This document shows positions 41,032-49,921 of a DNA stretch of 49,970 nucleotides, piece after piece. Under the pieces are notes generated by a model. That model was not told where the DNA came from. It saw only the letters and a program-made list of their open reading frames with translations, and made no database searches. The position numbers and the translations under genes are program-made. Every line of letters starts with the position of its first letter. Positions within the stretch are counted from its first letter, which is position 1. Source of the stretch: Candidatus Saccharimonadales bacterium (lineage in GTDB: Bacteria; Patescibacteriota; Saccharimonadia; Saccharimonadales; UBA4665); contig JBBRLU010000001.1 in NCBI GenBank assembly GCA_038231175.1, positions 1-49,970 of the forward strand. Direction: 5' to 3'.

Positions 41032-42363
41032 ATGAAGCATACCGTTCAAGAAATAGAGCTAGCTAATGGCGCCAAAGGCCTGCTGGTCCATATCCCTGAC
41101 GCCAGCGTCATGACCTTCGACATCAACTTCCGGGCCGGCGAATACCTGGTCGAAGCGGCCAAGTGGGAAGTACCCCACCTCATGGAGCACGTGCTACTCG
41201 GAGCCAACGAGCTAATTCCGCGGGCCCGCGATTTTCAAGCTGAGCTCGAAAAAAATGGTGCCTACAGTAACGCCACGACCGGTGTCTACGACATCAGTTA
41301 CGAAGCCGAATGTGCCGATTTTGAGTGGGACCGGGTGCTTGGACTGCTGCTGATCGCCATCGCCAAGCCGCTGTTCTTAGAAGAAGAATTCCAGGCCGAA
41401 TTCGGCAACGTCCAAGAGGAGATGGTGGCCCGTAGTAATAATCACTTCCGGCGCCTCAGTCTGGAAATGCGCAAGGCTTTGGGCCTGATCGCCAAGACCG
41501 ATGCCGAACGCCTGGAGCTGATGTCGAACGTCAACGTGGCCGACGTCCGCGCTCATTACCAACGGACACACCACACACCCAATATGCGCTTCGTCGTCGC
41601 CGGCAATCTGACGGCTGCCCGTAAGAGTATGCTCGAAAAATTGTTTGCCACGATCGAACTACCAACTAACGGTGAACGTTTTGAATTACCTTCAGAAATC
41701 CCAAAACACCTGGAAAAGCCGGTCTACGTGCCGAACGATAATGTCGAAAACCTGTATTTTTACATCGATACTTTCCAAAGCGGCCGCATCGATGACGGTG
41801 CTACCGACGCCCTCAATCTTATCAACACCATGCTCACCGAAACGCTGTACTCCAAGATTCTCGGTACCGCCCGCGAGCGTGGTCTGGTCTATGGTATGAG
41901 CTCCGGCCTAAGCCAGACCAGGGATGCCAGCAATTGGTGGTTCGGCGCCCAGGTATCTAATAAGAATGCCCCGGCGTTACTCGACATCGTCGTCGACGAG
42001 CTCGAGAAAGTCCTGATCGGCGACATTTCAGAGGACGAAATCGCCGCCACCAAACAGTACGCCTTGGGCCGCTTCCAACGCTCCGGTCAGACCGTCGGCG
42101 GTACCGCCGCCGGTTATTCCGGGCGCTATTTCTTCGACGAAGTCGTCGAAAATTACTACCAGATTCCGGCCCGCATCAAGGCCGTCACCAAGGACCAGAT
42201 AATAACCGTCGCCCGTTCGATGTTCGCCGAAAAAATGTGGGGTTTCGGTGTGCTTGGCAACTGCGGCGAGCAGTTCTCGATCGATCTGCGGCAACAACTC
42301 AAGCCGTTGTGGAGCGAAGCTCTCAAAAAGGCAGAGGCGGTGCACGATGGACGACCTGTCTAG
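41032..42363 (+). CDS. M16-family (pitrilysin/insulinase-like) zinc peptidase
   Basis: Inverted zincin motif HLMEH (HxxEH) near the N-terminus. 443 aa from the ATG at 41032. The ORF-track start at 40900 lies inside secA. Confidence 0.8.
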   Translation: MKHTVQEIELANGAKGLLVHIPDASVMTFDINFRAGEYLVEAAKWEVPHLMEHVLLGANELIPRARDFQAELEKNGAYSNATTGVYDISYEAECADFEWDRVLGLLLIAIAKPLFLEEEFQAEFGNVQEEMVARSNNHFRRLSLEMRKALGLIAKTDAERLELMSNVNVADVRAHYQRTHHTPNMRFVVAGNLTAARKSMLEKLFATIELPTNGERFELPSEIPKHLEKPVYVPNDNVENLYFYIDTFQSGRIDDGATDALNLINTMLTETLYSKILGTARERGLVYGMSSGLSQTRDASNWWFGAQVSNKNAPALLDIVVDELEKVLIGDISEDEIAATKQYALGRFQRSGQTVGGTAAGYSGRYFFDEVVENYYQIPARIKAVTKDQIITVARSMFAEKMWGFGVLGNCGEQFSIDLRQQLKPLWSEALKKAEAVHDGRPV

Positions 42364-43438
42364 TCAAGCCAGCCAACTGCAATCAGCCGTCCAGGCCGCC
42401 AGCGCCAGACTGACTATTCCAGCCCTACAAGTCGAACTAGCGACGTTGCAAAATCAGTCCGAAGCCCCGGACTTTTGGAATGATAATCTGCAGGCCCAAG
42501 CCGTCATGAAGCAGATCAGTAAGCTCGAGGCCCGGGTCGCTCCCTGGTTACAGCTACAATCGGCCGTGGCCGATCTGACGGAGCTAGCCGCGCTCAACGA
42601 CCCCCAAATGACCACCGAACTACAGACCCAGCTGGTGGCTGCCAGCCAGACGTTCGGCGCCCTTAAAGAAACCCTCAAACTGAATGGCCCCTACGACGAT
42701 TACGACGCCATCGTCAGCATTCACGCTGGGGCAGGGGGCACCGACGCCCAGGATTGGGCGGCCATGTTACTCCGGATGTACCTGCGATTCTGTGAGAAAC
42801 AGGGCTGGTCCTACCAGACGTTAGACGAATCGAGCGGCGACGAAGCCGGCCTCAAAAGCGTGACCCTGGAAATCAGCGGCAGCTTTGCCTACGGCAACTT
42901 AAAGAGTGAGCACGGCGTCCACCGACTTGTCCGGCTCAGTCCCTTTAACAGCGACAACCTACGCCAAACCAGCTTTGCCAAAGTCGAAGTCACGCCTAAG
43001 ATCGACAAGCCCGACGACCTGGTCATCGATGACAAAGAACTAAAGATCGACGTCTACCGCAGCGGTGGCCACGGTGGCCAAAGTGTCAATACCACCGATA
43101 GCGCCGTCCGCATAACCCACCTGCCAACCGGTTTGGTAGTGGCCATCCAGAACGAGCGCTCGCAGCTGCAGAACCGCGAGACGGCCATGACCATCCTGCG
43201 CGGCCGGCTGGCGGCTTTGCAGCTCGAACAGCACCAGGCCGCCGTCAGCGAGCTAAAGGGGCCGAACCAATCGGCCGAGTGGGGCAACCAGATCCGGTCG
43301 TACGTGCTCCACCCATACAAGCAGGTCAAAGATCTGCGCAGCCGCTACGAAACCAGTGACCCGGACGCCGTCCTCGACGGTAATCTCGACGAAATCATCG
43401 ACGCCTACCTAGAATACGCCCTCGCCGATAACGCCTAA
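42347..43438 (+). CDS. prfB: Peptide chain release factor 2 (single uninterrupted ORF)
   Basis: SPF tripeptide (RLVRLSPFNS) and GGQ ([21 protein letters not shown]). The ATG at 42347 overlaps the M16 gene by 17 nt. Confidence 0.93.
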   Translation: MDDLSSQASQLQSAVQAASARLTIPALQVELATLQNQSEAPDFWNDNLQAQAVMKQISKLEARVAPWLQLQSAVADLTELAALNDPQMTTELQTQLVAASQTFGALKETLKLNGPYDDYDAIVSIHAGAGGTDAQDWAAMLLRMYLRFCEKQGWSYQTLDESSGDEAGLKSVTLEISGSFAYGNLKSEHGVHRLVRLSPFNSDNLRQTSFAKVEVTPKIDKPDDLVIDDKELKIDVYRSGGHGGQSVNTTDSAVRITHLPTGLVVAIQNERSQLQNRETAMTILRGRLAALQLEQHQAAVSELKGPNQSAEWGNQIRSYVLHPYKQVKDLRSRYETSDPDAVLDGNLDEIIDAYLEYALADNA

Positions 43439-43473
43439 GGACGGCGCTAGCCGTAACCATAAGCGCCAGCCGG

Positions 43474-43482
43474 TGCTATACT
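43474..43482 (+). promoter_or_regulatory. ftsE extended -10 (TGCTATACT), 7 nt from the ATG
   Basis: ggTGCTATACTgatagtaATG. No SD. Confidence 0.45.
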
Positions 43483-43489
43483 GATAGTA

Positions 43490-44188
43490 ATGATTCTTCT
43501 CGACCGGGTAAGTAAGACCTATAATCGCAGCCTAGGACCGTCGCTAGACCGCATTAGTCTGCACGTCGAGGCCAAGGAATTCGTGATCGTGGTCGGGCAG
43601 AGCGGGGCCGGGAAGACCACCTTGCTACGCTTACTGACCCGTGAGGAACGACCGAGCTCCGGCAAGATCATCATCGGTGGTATCGACTACGATAAGCTCA
43701 AGGATAAGGATATCCCGCTGTTACGCCGCAAGATCGGCGTCGTCTTCCAGGATTTCAAACTACTGCCCAACAAGAATGTCTTCGAGAACGTCGCCTTCGC
43801 CCTGGAAATCGTCGGTATCGGCAGCCGCGAGATCAAGCATACCGTGCCCAAAGTCCTCGACATCGTCAACCTGAAGGGCAAAGAAAAGCGCATGCCCCAC
43901 GAATTATCCGGTGGTGAGCGCCAGCGCGTGGCCATCGCCCGGGCCATCGTCCGCCAGCCACGGATCCTGATCGCCGATGAACCGACGGGCAACCTCGACC
44001 CTAAGCACGCCTGGGATGTCATCAAAGTCTTGGAAAAGATCAACCGTTACGGCACCACGGTGCTGCTGACGACGCACAACGCCGATGTCGTCAATAAACT
44101 GAAGCGTCGGGTGGTGACGCTGGAGCACGGTAAGATTGCCAGCGACCGCGCCAACGCCAATTACGAGGTAACTAAAGATACCGTATGA
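43490..44188 (+). CDS. ftsE: Cell-division ABC ATPase FtsE
   Basis: GQSGAGKTT (Walker A), LSGGERQRVAIARA (signature), ILIADEPTGNLD (Walker B). Confidence 0.92.
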   Translation: MILLDRVSKTYNRSLGPSLDRISLHVEAKEFVIVVGQSGAGKTTLLRLLTREERPSSGKIIIGGIDYDKLKDKDIPLLRRKIGVVFQDFKLLPNKNVFENVAFALEIVGIGSREIKHTVPKVLDIVNLKGKEKRMPHELSGGERQRVAIARAIVRQPRILIADEPTGNLDPKHAWDVIKVLEKINRYGTTVLLTTHNADVVNKLKRRVVTLEHGKIASDRANANYEVTKDTV

Positions 44189-45141
44189 GCCGTAATTTTA
44201 AACGAAAATTAATCACCTTCTGGCGGATTATCACTACCGGCATGACCAACTTTATCCGCAATGCCAGCCTGGCGATCGCGGCTATCGCCGTCATGGTCGT
44301 CACCCTGACCATCGTCCTGTTCTCGCTGATCGCTAACGCCACCTTTACCAACACCATCGCCCAGATAACCAATAAGATCGATATTTCAGTCTACCTCAAG
44401 GACTCCGTCACGGTTCAGCAGAAAGATAAATTCGTAGCCAGCATCAAACGGTTGTCCGACGTCAATCAGGTCAGCTACTTATCAAAAGACCAAGCGCTGA
44501 AGGCTTATATCCGCGATAACAACAAAAATCCGCAACTATTATTGGCTATCAATGCTACCGACAACCCGTTGCCAGCTACTATCAAGATCAAGCCCCGTGA
44601 CCTGAATAAGATCGCTACCATTAAAAATTTCTTAATCACGCCGGCCAATGCCGCCTTGCAGACCACCGATTCGCCGTCCTATAACGGTGACCGCAAGCAG
44701 GCCATCGACACCATTACCCACGCCACCAACGTCCTACGCGAGATCGGTGTCGCCTCGGTCATCCTGTTCACCGTCATCTGTGCGCTGATCATCTTTAATA
44801 CCATCCAGATGGCGATCTTTAACCGCCGCGACGAACTCACCATCATGCGCTTGCTCGGTGCCAGCACCAGCTATATCCGGGGCCCGTTCGTGGTCGAAAG
44901 CGCCATCTATGGTATCTTGTCGGCAATCATCTCGATGGTCATCGTCAACGCCGCCTTCCTGGCCTCCAGTAACGCCCTTCAGGCAACCAGTCTGGGGCTG
45001 TTGGACATCAATTTCGCGGCCCAGTTCTTCGGCAGTCATTTCTTCAAACTTTTGTTACTCCAGCTGCTAGTTGGTATACTGATAGGGATCGCCTCGGCTA
45101 CCATCGCTACCCGCCGTTACCTGAAGTTCAAGACCAAATAG
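44185..45141 (+). CDS. ftsX: Cell-division permease-like protein FtsX
   Basis: ATGA overlap with ftsE. One TM helix, a large extracytoplasmic loop, and three C-terminal TM helices. MRLLGAS motif. Confidence 0.88.
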   Translation: MSRNFKRKLITFWRIITTGMTNFIRNASLAIAAIAVMVVTLTIVLFSLIANATFTNTIAQITNKIDISVYLKDSVTVQQKDKFVASIKRLSDVNQVSYLSKDQALKAYIRDNNKNPQLLLAINATDNPLPATIKIKPRDLNKIATIKNFLITPANAALQTTDSPSYNGDRKQAIDTITHATNVLREIGVASVILFTVICALIIFNTIQMAIFNRRDELTIMRLLGASTSYIRGPFVVESAIYGILSAIISMVIVNAAFLASSNALQATSLGLLDINFAAQFFGSHFFKLLLLQLLVGILIGIASATIATRRYLKFKTK

Positions 45142-45200
45142 CCGGCGTTCCACGATTTTAAAGAACCGCTAACACAGACTTGGCCATGGGAGGGTAGTAA

Positions 45201-45229
45201 TTGAAAAACTTGCAGGCTTATGCTATATT
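45201..45229 (+). promoter_or_regulatory. Promoter TTGAAA-17 nt-(TGc)TATATT for the CHAP hydrolase gene
   Basis: TTGAAA at 45201-45206 and TGCTATATT at 45221-45229. This predicts a ~43-nt A/C-rich leader lacking an SD. Confidence 0.5.
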
Positions 45230-45278
45230 ACTAGTACAAACGTACCAAATAAAAACCACCAAAAAAAACAACATCATC

Positions 45279-46454
45279 ATGGCATCTCTCAAAACACTTA
45301 CCAAAGTCGCCTTTAAGCACCGCCTGGTCTCGGCCGTCCTAGCCGCCATGATGCTGGTAGTGCCCTCGATCCAGGTTGCCTCAGCTCTGTCGACCCAGCA
45401 GCTACAAGACCAGATCAACCAGTTAAACGCCGCCAACAGCGACTCCCAATCAAGCGTCAGTGGCCTCCAGGGTCAAGCCGCAAACTACCAGGACGCCATC
45501 AATAAATTACAAGAGCAGATCAGCTCGATCCGGGCCGCCATAGCCGCCAGTCAAGCCAAGCAGACAGACCTGCAGAACCAGATCACCGCCAACATCGCCC
45601 TGATCGCCCAAAAGAAAGCCATGCTCGGCGAAGACATCAAGGCCATGTACGTCGACGGCACGCCCAGCACCATCGAGTTGCTAGCGACCAGTAACAACCT
45701 CAGTGATTACTTCGATAAGCAGGAGTACCGCACCAAAGTGCAGGGTAAATTACAGGACACGCTCAAGCAGATCGCCGCCCTGCAACAACAGTTGCAAGCC
45801 CAAAAAGCCGAGGTCGAGCAATTGCTGACCACTCAGAATCGGCAACAGTCGCAACTCGACGCCAGCCAAGCCGAGCAGAGCCGCTTACTGACGCTTAATC
45901 AGCAACAGCAGGATGCCTATAACAACCAGATCCAGGCCAACAAGAGTCAGATCGGTGAACTGCAGCGCCAGCAAGCCGAGATTAACCGCCGCAACTCGCT
46001 GGCCGCCAACGTTCAAGCCAGCGGTGGCAATGGCGGCGCCTGCGATAACGGTAGCGGCAATGGCGGCTACCCGATGCCATGGTGTGACGCTGCTCAGGAC
46101 ACCATCCCCACCATCAGCTACAGCTCCGACCCGATAAACCGCGAGTGCACCTCCTTCGCCTACTGGTACTTCACCAGCCAAGAGGGTAACTCGTTGCACG
46201 TCACTGGAAATGCCAAGGACTGGGTCTACACCGCCAACCGCCCCGTCGACACTACGCCGGAAGTCGGCGCCATCGGTATCAGTACCGCCGGCTATTACGG
46301 TCACGTCATGATCATCCTGGCGCTATCCGGGCAAAATTATCACGGCTTTACGGTCGCTCCCGGCTATGTCCTGACCATGAGCATGAACTACGACTACGCC
46401 GGCCATTTCCACGTCGACCAGCGGGCCGCCAGCAGCCTCTATTACATCCATTAA
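45279..46454 (+). CDS. Secreted coiled-coil + CHAP-domain peptidoglycan hydrolase (PcsB-like architecture)
   Basis: Signal/anchor LVSAVLAAMMLVVPSIQVASA. About 230 aa of Gln/Leu-rich heptad-like sequence. C-terminal CHAP domain with Cys (NRECTSFAYWYF) and His (YYGHVMIIL). Confidence 0.85.
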   Translation: MASLKTLTKVAFKHRLVSAVLAAMMLVVPSIQVASALSTQQLQDQINQLNAANSDSQSSVSGLQGQAANYQDAINKLQEQISSIRAAIAASQAKQTDLQNQITANIALIAQKKAMLGEDIKAMYVDGTPSTIELLATSNNLSDYFDKQEYRTKVQGKLQDTLKQIAALQQQLQAQKAEVEQLLTTQNRQQSQLDASQAEQSRLLTLNQQQQDAYNNQIQANKSQIGELQRQQAEINRRNSLAANVQASGGNGGACDNGSGNGGYPMPWCDAAQDTIPTISYSSDPINRECTSFAYWYFTSQEGNSLHVTGNAKDWVYTANRPVDTTPEVGAIGISTAGYYGHVMIILALSGQNYHGFTVAPGYVLTMSMNYDYAGHFHVDQRAASSLYYIH

Positions 46455-46478
46455 AATCTTCGCCGGCTACGACTTAGC

Positions 46479-46487
46479 TGTTATACT
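46479..46487 (+). promoter_or_regulatory. ctpA extended -10 (TGTTATACT), 8 nt from the ATG
   Basis: gcTGTTATACTtaagcctaATG. No SD. Confidence 0.45.
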
Positions 46488-46495
46488 TAAGCCTA

Positions 46496-47710
46496 ATGGA
46501 CTTTAAAGACAAACAGGGTAAGCCGGGAAGCAAGTTACGGACGCTCAAGTACCTGCTGGTGGCCGCGGTCATATTCGCTGCCGGCGTTGGCTATGGTGAT
46601 GGACGACTCAGCCTTAACTTACCCCACGGCAACAAGCCGATCGCCAACGGCCTGCCCGATAAGTTAGACTACAGCTCGCTCAACGAAGTCTATCAAGCTG
46701 TCAAAGACAACTATAACGGTCAGCTCAGCCAGAGCCAGATCATCGACGGTCTTAAACACGGCCTGGCTGGTGCCGCCAAAGACCCTTATACCGTCTATTT
46801 TACCGCTAAGGAAGCCAAGGATTTCAGCGACCAGCTCAACAACTCGTTCGCCGGTATCGGCGCCCGCCTGAGTAAGGATGCCGACGGTAATCTGATCATC
46901 GGCGAAGCCATCGCCGGTTTTCCAGCCGATAAGGCCGGTCTGAAGAAGCAGGATATCATCGCCGAAGTCAACGGCACCCAGACCAGCACCCTGACGCTCG
47001 ATGACGCCATCAGTAAGATCCGCGGCCCGGCCGGCTCGACCGTCAAACTCAAACTTGTCCGTGATAAGTCGCAGACGCTCGACATCAGCGTCGTCCGCCA
47101 GACGATAAACCTGCCCAGCGTCACCACTAAGACGCTCGACGGTAAAATCGGTTATATCCAGATCGGTACCTTTGCCAACGATACCTCCAGCCTGATGCAG
47201 AAAGCTGCCCAGCAATTCAAAGATGCCGGCGTCAAAGGGGTCGTGCTCGACCTCCGCAACGACCCCGGTGGTCTGCTGGAAGCCGCCGTCAATGTCTCCA
47301 GCCTGTGGCTGCCGTCCGGCACCAACGTCCTGCAGGAACGCCGCGGTAACACCGTCACCCAGAACTACAGCGCCGTCGGTGGCGACACTCTGCACGGTAT
47401 TCCGACCGTCGTCCTGATCAACGAGGGCAGCGCCAGTGCCTCCGAGATTACCGCCGGTGCCTTGCACGATAATAAAGCCGCCCGCCTGATCGGTACCAAG
47501 AGCTACGGTAAGGGCGTCGTCCAGCAGCTGATCAACCTCAGCGACGGCGGCCAACTGAAGGTCACCGTCGCCAGTTGGTATCGCCCTGATGGTCAGAACA
47601 TCAATCACAAGGGCATAACACCGGACGACGTCGTCAAACTGTCCGATGAAGATATCAAAGCCGCCAAAGACTCACAGCTTGACGCCGCTAAAGCCTACCT
47701 CAGCAAATAG
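46496..47710 (+). CDS. ctpA: Carboxy-terminal processing protease (S41) with PDZ domain
   Basis: N-terminal TM helix, PDZ (GFPADKAGLKKQDII), LDLRNDPGG, catalytic-Ser region NEGSASASEI, and catalytic-Lys region TKSYGKG. Confidence 0.9.
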   Translation: MDFKDKQGKPGSKLRTLKYLLVAAVIFAAGVGYGDGRLSLNLPHGNKPIANGLPDKLDYSSLNEVYQAVKDNYNGQLSQSQIIDGLKHGLAGAAKDPYTVYFTAKEAKDFSDQLNNSFAGIGARLSKDADGNLIIGEAIAGFPADKAGLKKQDIIAEVNGTQTSTLTLDDAISKIRGPAGSTVKLKLVRDKSQTLDISVVRQTINLPSVTTKTLDGKIGYIQIGTFANDTSSLMQKAAQQFKDAGVKGVVLDLRNDPGGLLEAAVNVSSLWLPSGTNVLQERRGNTVTQNYSAVGGDTLHGIPTVVLINEGSASASEITAGALHDNKAARLIGTKSYGKGVVQQLINLSDGGQLKVTVASWYRPDGQNINHKGITPDDVVKLSDEDIKAAKDSQLDAAKAYLSK

Positions 47711-47740
47711 TTGCTCAGGGCCAGCCGCTCGTGCTAAAAT
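47711..47740 (+). promoter_or_regulatory. pyrG promoter, TTGCTC-18 nt-(TGc)TAAAAT
   Basis: TTGCTC at 47711-47716 and TGCTAAAAT at 47732-47740. It is followed by a 25-nt leader containing GAGAGG. Confidence 0.45.
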
Positions 47741-47765
47741 TTACGGAAAGAGAGGTGAGTTTGTA

Positions 47766-49373
47766 GTGGCAGGTAGCACGAAGTATGTGTTTGTAACTGG
47801 TGGTGTGCTTTCCGGATTAGGCAAGGGTATCACGGCCGCCTCGATCGCCAACCTACTCAAAGCCCGCGGCCTGAGTGTCAATCTCCAAAAATGTGACCCT
47901 TATCTTAACGTCGATGCCGGGTTGCTCAACCCCCGCGAGCACGGTGAGTGCTTCGTTACCCGTGACGGTGCCGAAACCGACCTCGACCTCGGTCACTACG
48001 AGCGCTTCATCGACCAGCAACTGACCCAGGTCAGTTCATTGATGAGCGGCCGGGTACTGCTGAAAGTCATCCAGGACGAGCGCAGCGGTAAGTACGAAGG
48101 CAAGTCGGTCCAGATTATTCCCCAGGTCACCAGTACCATTCAGGACTATATTGCCGAAGCCGGCGCCGGGCACGACGTCCATATCGTCGAAATCGGTGGC
48201 ACCGTCGGTGATTACGAATCGCTCAGTTTCATCGAAGCCATCCGCGAGTTTAGCATGCGCGTCGGCCGCGAAGACTGTCTGTACGTCCACCTGGTCTACC
48301 TGCCATACCTCGGCGCCAGCCAGGAGATCAAGACCAAGCCGGCTCAGAATTCGGTCCGTGAACTACGCGGTCTGGGTATCTTGCCGGACATCCTGATGGC
48401 CCGTTCCGAAGCTCCGGCCCACGAAAGCGTCAAGAAAAAATTAAGTTTATTCTGCGGCGTCGCCGAAGAGGCCATCGCCTTATTGCCCAACGCCCGTAGC
48501 ATCTATGAGGTCCCACTGACCCTGGAAGACAGTGGTATCACCGAAGTTATCATCAAGCGCCTCGGCCTTCAGACCGGCCCGGCAGATCTGGAACCATGGC
48601 GGGCCATGGTCAAGCGGGCTACCACCAGCTTTGAAAAGACCGTCACCATCGGCATCGTCGCCAAATATATGGACAACGCCGATACCTATCTCAGCGTCTT
48701 CGAAGCCCTCAAGGCCGCCGCCTGGTGGAACGACGTCAACGTCGACCTGCGATGGGTCGACGCCGCCCAGCTCGGCGACAGCCAGGATGTCGCCGCCGAC
48801 TTGGCCGCCTACGACGGCGTCGTCGTTCCCGGTGGCTTCGGCTCACGCGGTGTCGACGGCAAGATCAAAGCCGCCCAGCACGCCTTGACCACCAAGCTAC
48901 CGTATCTCGGCCTCTGTTACGGCCTGCACATGGCCGTCATCGCCGCCGCCCGGCTGCACGGTTTAGACAAAGCTAACACCACCGAAGTCGACCCGACCAC
49001 GCCCGACCCGATTATCGCCACCATCGCCGGCCAAGAGGGTAAACAAAGCACCGGCGGCACCATGCGCCTCGGCGACTACAGCTGCAACCTAACGCCCGGC
49101 AGCCTGGCCGCCAAACTCTACGGCGCTGCGCAGATCGTCGAACGTCACCGCCACCGCTACGAGTGCAACGCCGACTATGTCGACCAGTATGAAAGCTGGG
49201 GCATCCGTGCCGTCGGCACCAACCCGGAAACCAAACTGGTCGAAGTTATCGAAGGCGTCGACCACCCATTCTTCCTAGCTAGCCAGTTCCACCCCGAGCT
49301 CAAAGGCCGCCCCACGGCCGCCCACCCAATGTTCGATGGCTTCATCAAAGCCGCCATCGCCAAACAACAGTGA
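47766..49373 (+). CDS. pyrG: CTP synthase
   Basis: TKYVFVTGGVLSGLGKGI and the glutaminase domain LGLCYGLHM...HRHRYE. A GTG start at 47766 preceded by GAGG is the most plausible. The ORF-track start at 47646 lies inside ctpA. Confidence 0.93.
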   Translation: MAGSTKYVFVTGGVLSGLGKGITAASIANLLKARGLSVNLQKCDPYLNVDAGLLNPREHGECFVTRDGAETDLDLGHYERFIDQQLTQVSSLMSGRVLLKVIQDERSGKYEGKSVQIIPQVTSTIQDYIAEAGAGHDVHIVEIGGTVGDYESLSFIEAIREFSMRVGREDCLYVHLVYLPYLGASQEIKTKPAQNSVRELRGLGILPDILMARSEAPAHESVKKKLSLFCGVAEEAIALLPNARSIYEVPLTLEDSGITEVIIKRLGLQTGPADLEPWRAMVKRATTSFEKTVTIGIVAKYMDNADTYLSVFEALKAAAWWNDVNVDLRWVDAAQLGDSQDVAADLAAYDGVVVPGGFGSRGVDGKIKAAQHALTTKLPYLGLCYGLHMAVIAAARLHGLDKANTTEVDPTTPDPIIATIAGQEGKQSTGGTMRLGDYSCNLTPGSLAAKLYGAAQIVERHRHRYECNADYVDQYESWGIRAVGTNPETKLVEVIEGVDHPFFLASQFHPELKGRPTAAHPMFDGFIKAAIAKQQ

Positions 49374-49381
49374 TAAAATAG

Positions 49382-49410
49382 TTGTTTACGGTTGCCAAGC
49401 TACCTAATCT
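49382..49410 (+). promoter_or_regulatory. Promoter TTGTTT-17 nt-TAATCT, 8 nt from the receiver-gene ATG
   Basis: TTGTTT at 49382-49387, TAATCT at 49405-49410, ATG at 49419. No SD. Confidence 0.4.
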
Positions 49411-49418
49411 ACGCTACC

Positions 49419-49913
49419 ATGAGCAGTATGCAACCAACATCGCCCGACCCAACCGACCCTATCAAACCAATGCCACCAACACCTGCTAGCGATGCCGTCC
49501 TGGCCCCGACGCCGGCCATGGCCGCCCAGCCCAGCGAGCACCCCAAGCGTATTCTGCTCGTCGAAGACGACGACGCCCTAGCTAACGTCTACGTTATGCG
49601 TCTCCAGGCCGAAGGCATGGACATCCGTCGCGTCGCCAACGGCGAGGACGCCCTGGCGGCCGTCATCAGTTATCATCCAGACTTAGTGTTACTCGACGTC
49701 ATGATGCCCAAGGTCAGCGGTTTCGACGTCCTCGACATCCTCCGTAACACGCCAGAAACTGCCAACACCAAGATTATTATGCTAACTGCCTTAAGCCAGG
49801 AAAGCGACAAGGCCCGTGCCGAAAGCCTGGGTGTCGACGACTACCTCGTCAAATCCCAAGTCGTCATCGCCGACGTCGTCGACCGCGTCAAACACCACCT
49901 CAACATCAACTAG
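49419..49913 (+). CDS. Stand-alone response-regulator receiver (CheY-like) domain with ~45-aa Pro-rich N-terminal extension
   Basis: ILLVEDDD, LVLLDVMMP (phospho-acceptor Asp), MLTAL, DDYLVKS (conserved Lys). No output domain. Confidence 0.85.
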   Translation: MSSMQPTSPDPTDPIKPMPPTPASDAVLAPTPAMAAQPSEHPKRILLVEDDDALANVYVMRLQAEGMDIRRVANGEDALAAVISYHPDLVLLDVMMPKVSGFDVLDILRNTPETANTKIIMLTALSQESDKARAESLGVDDYLVKSQVVIADVVDRVKHHLNIN

Positions 49914-49921
49914 CCCTCCCA

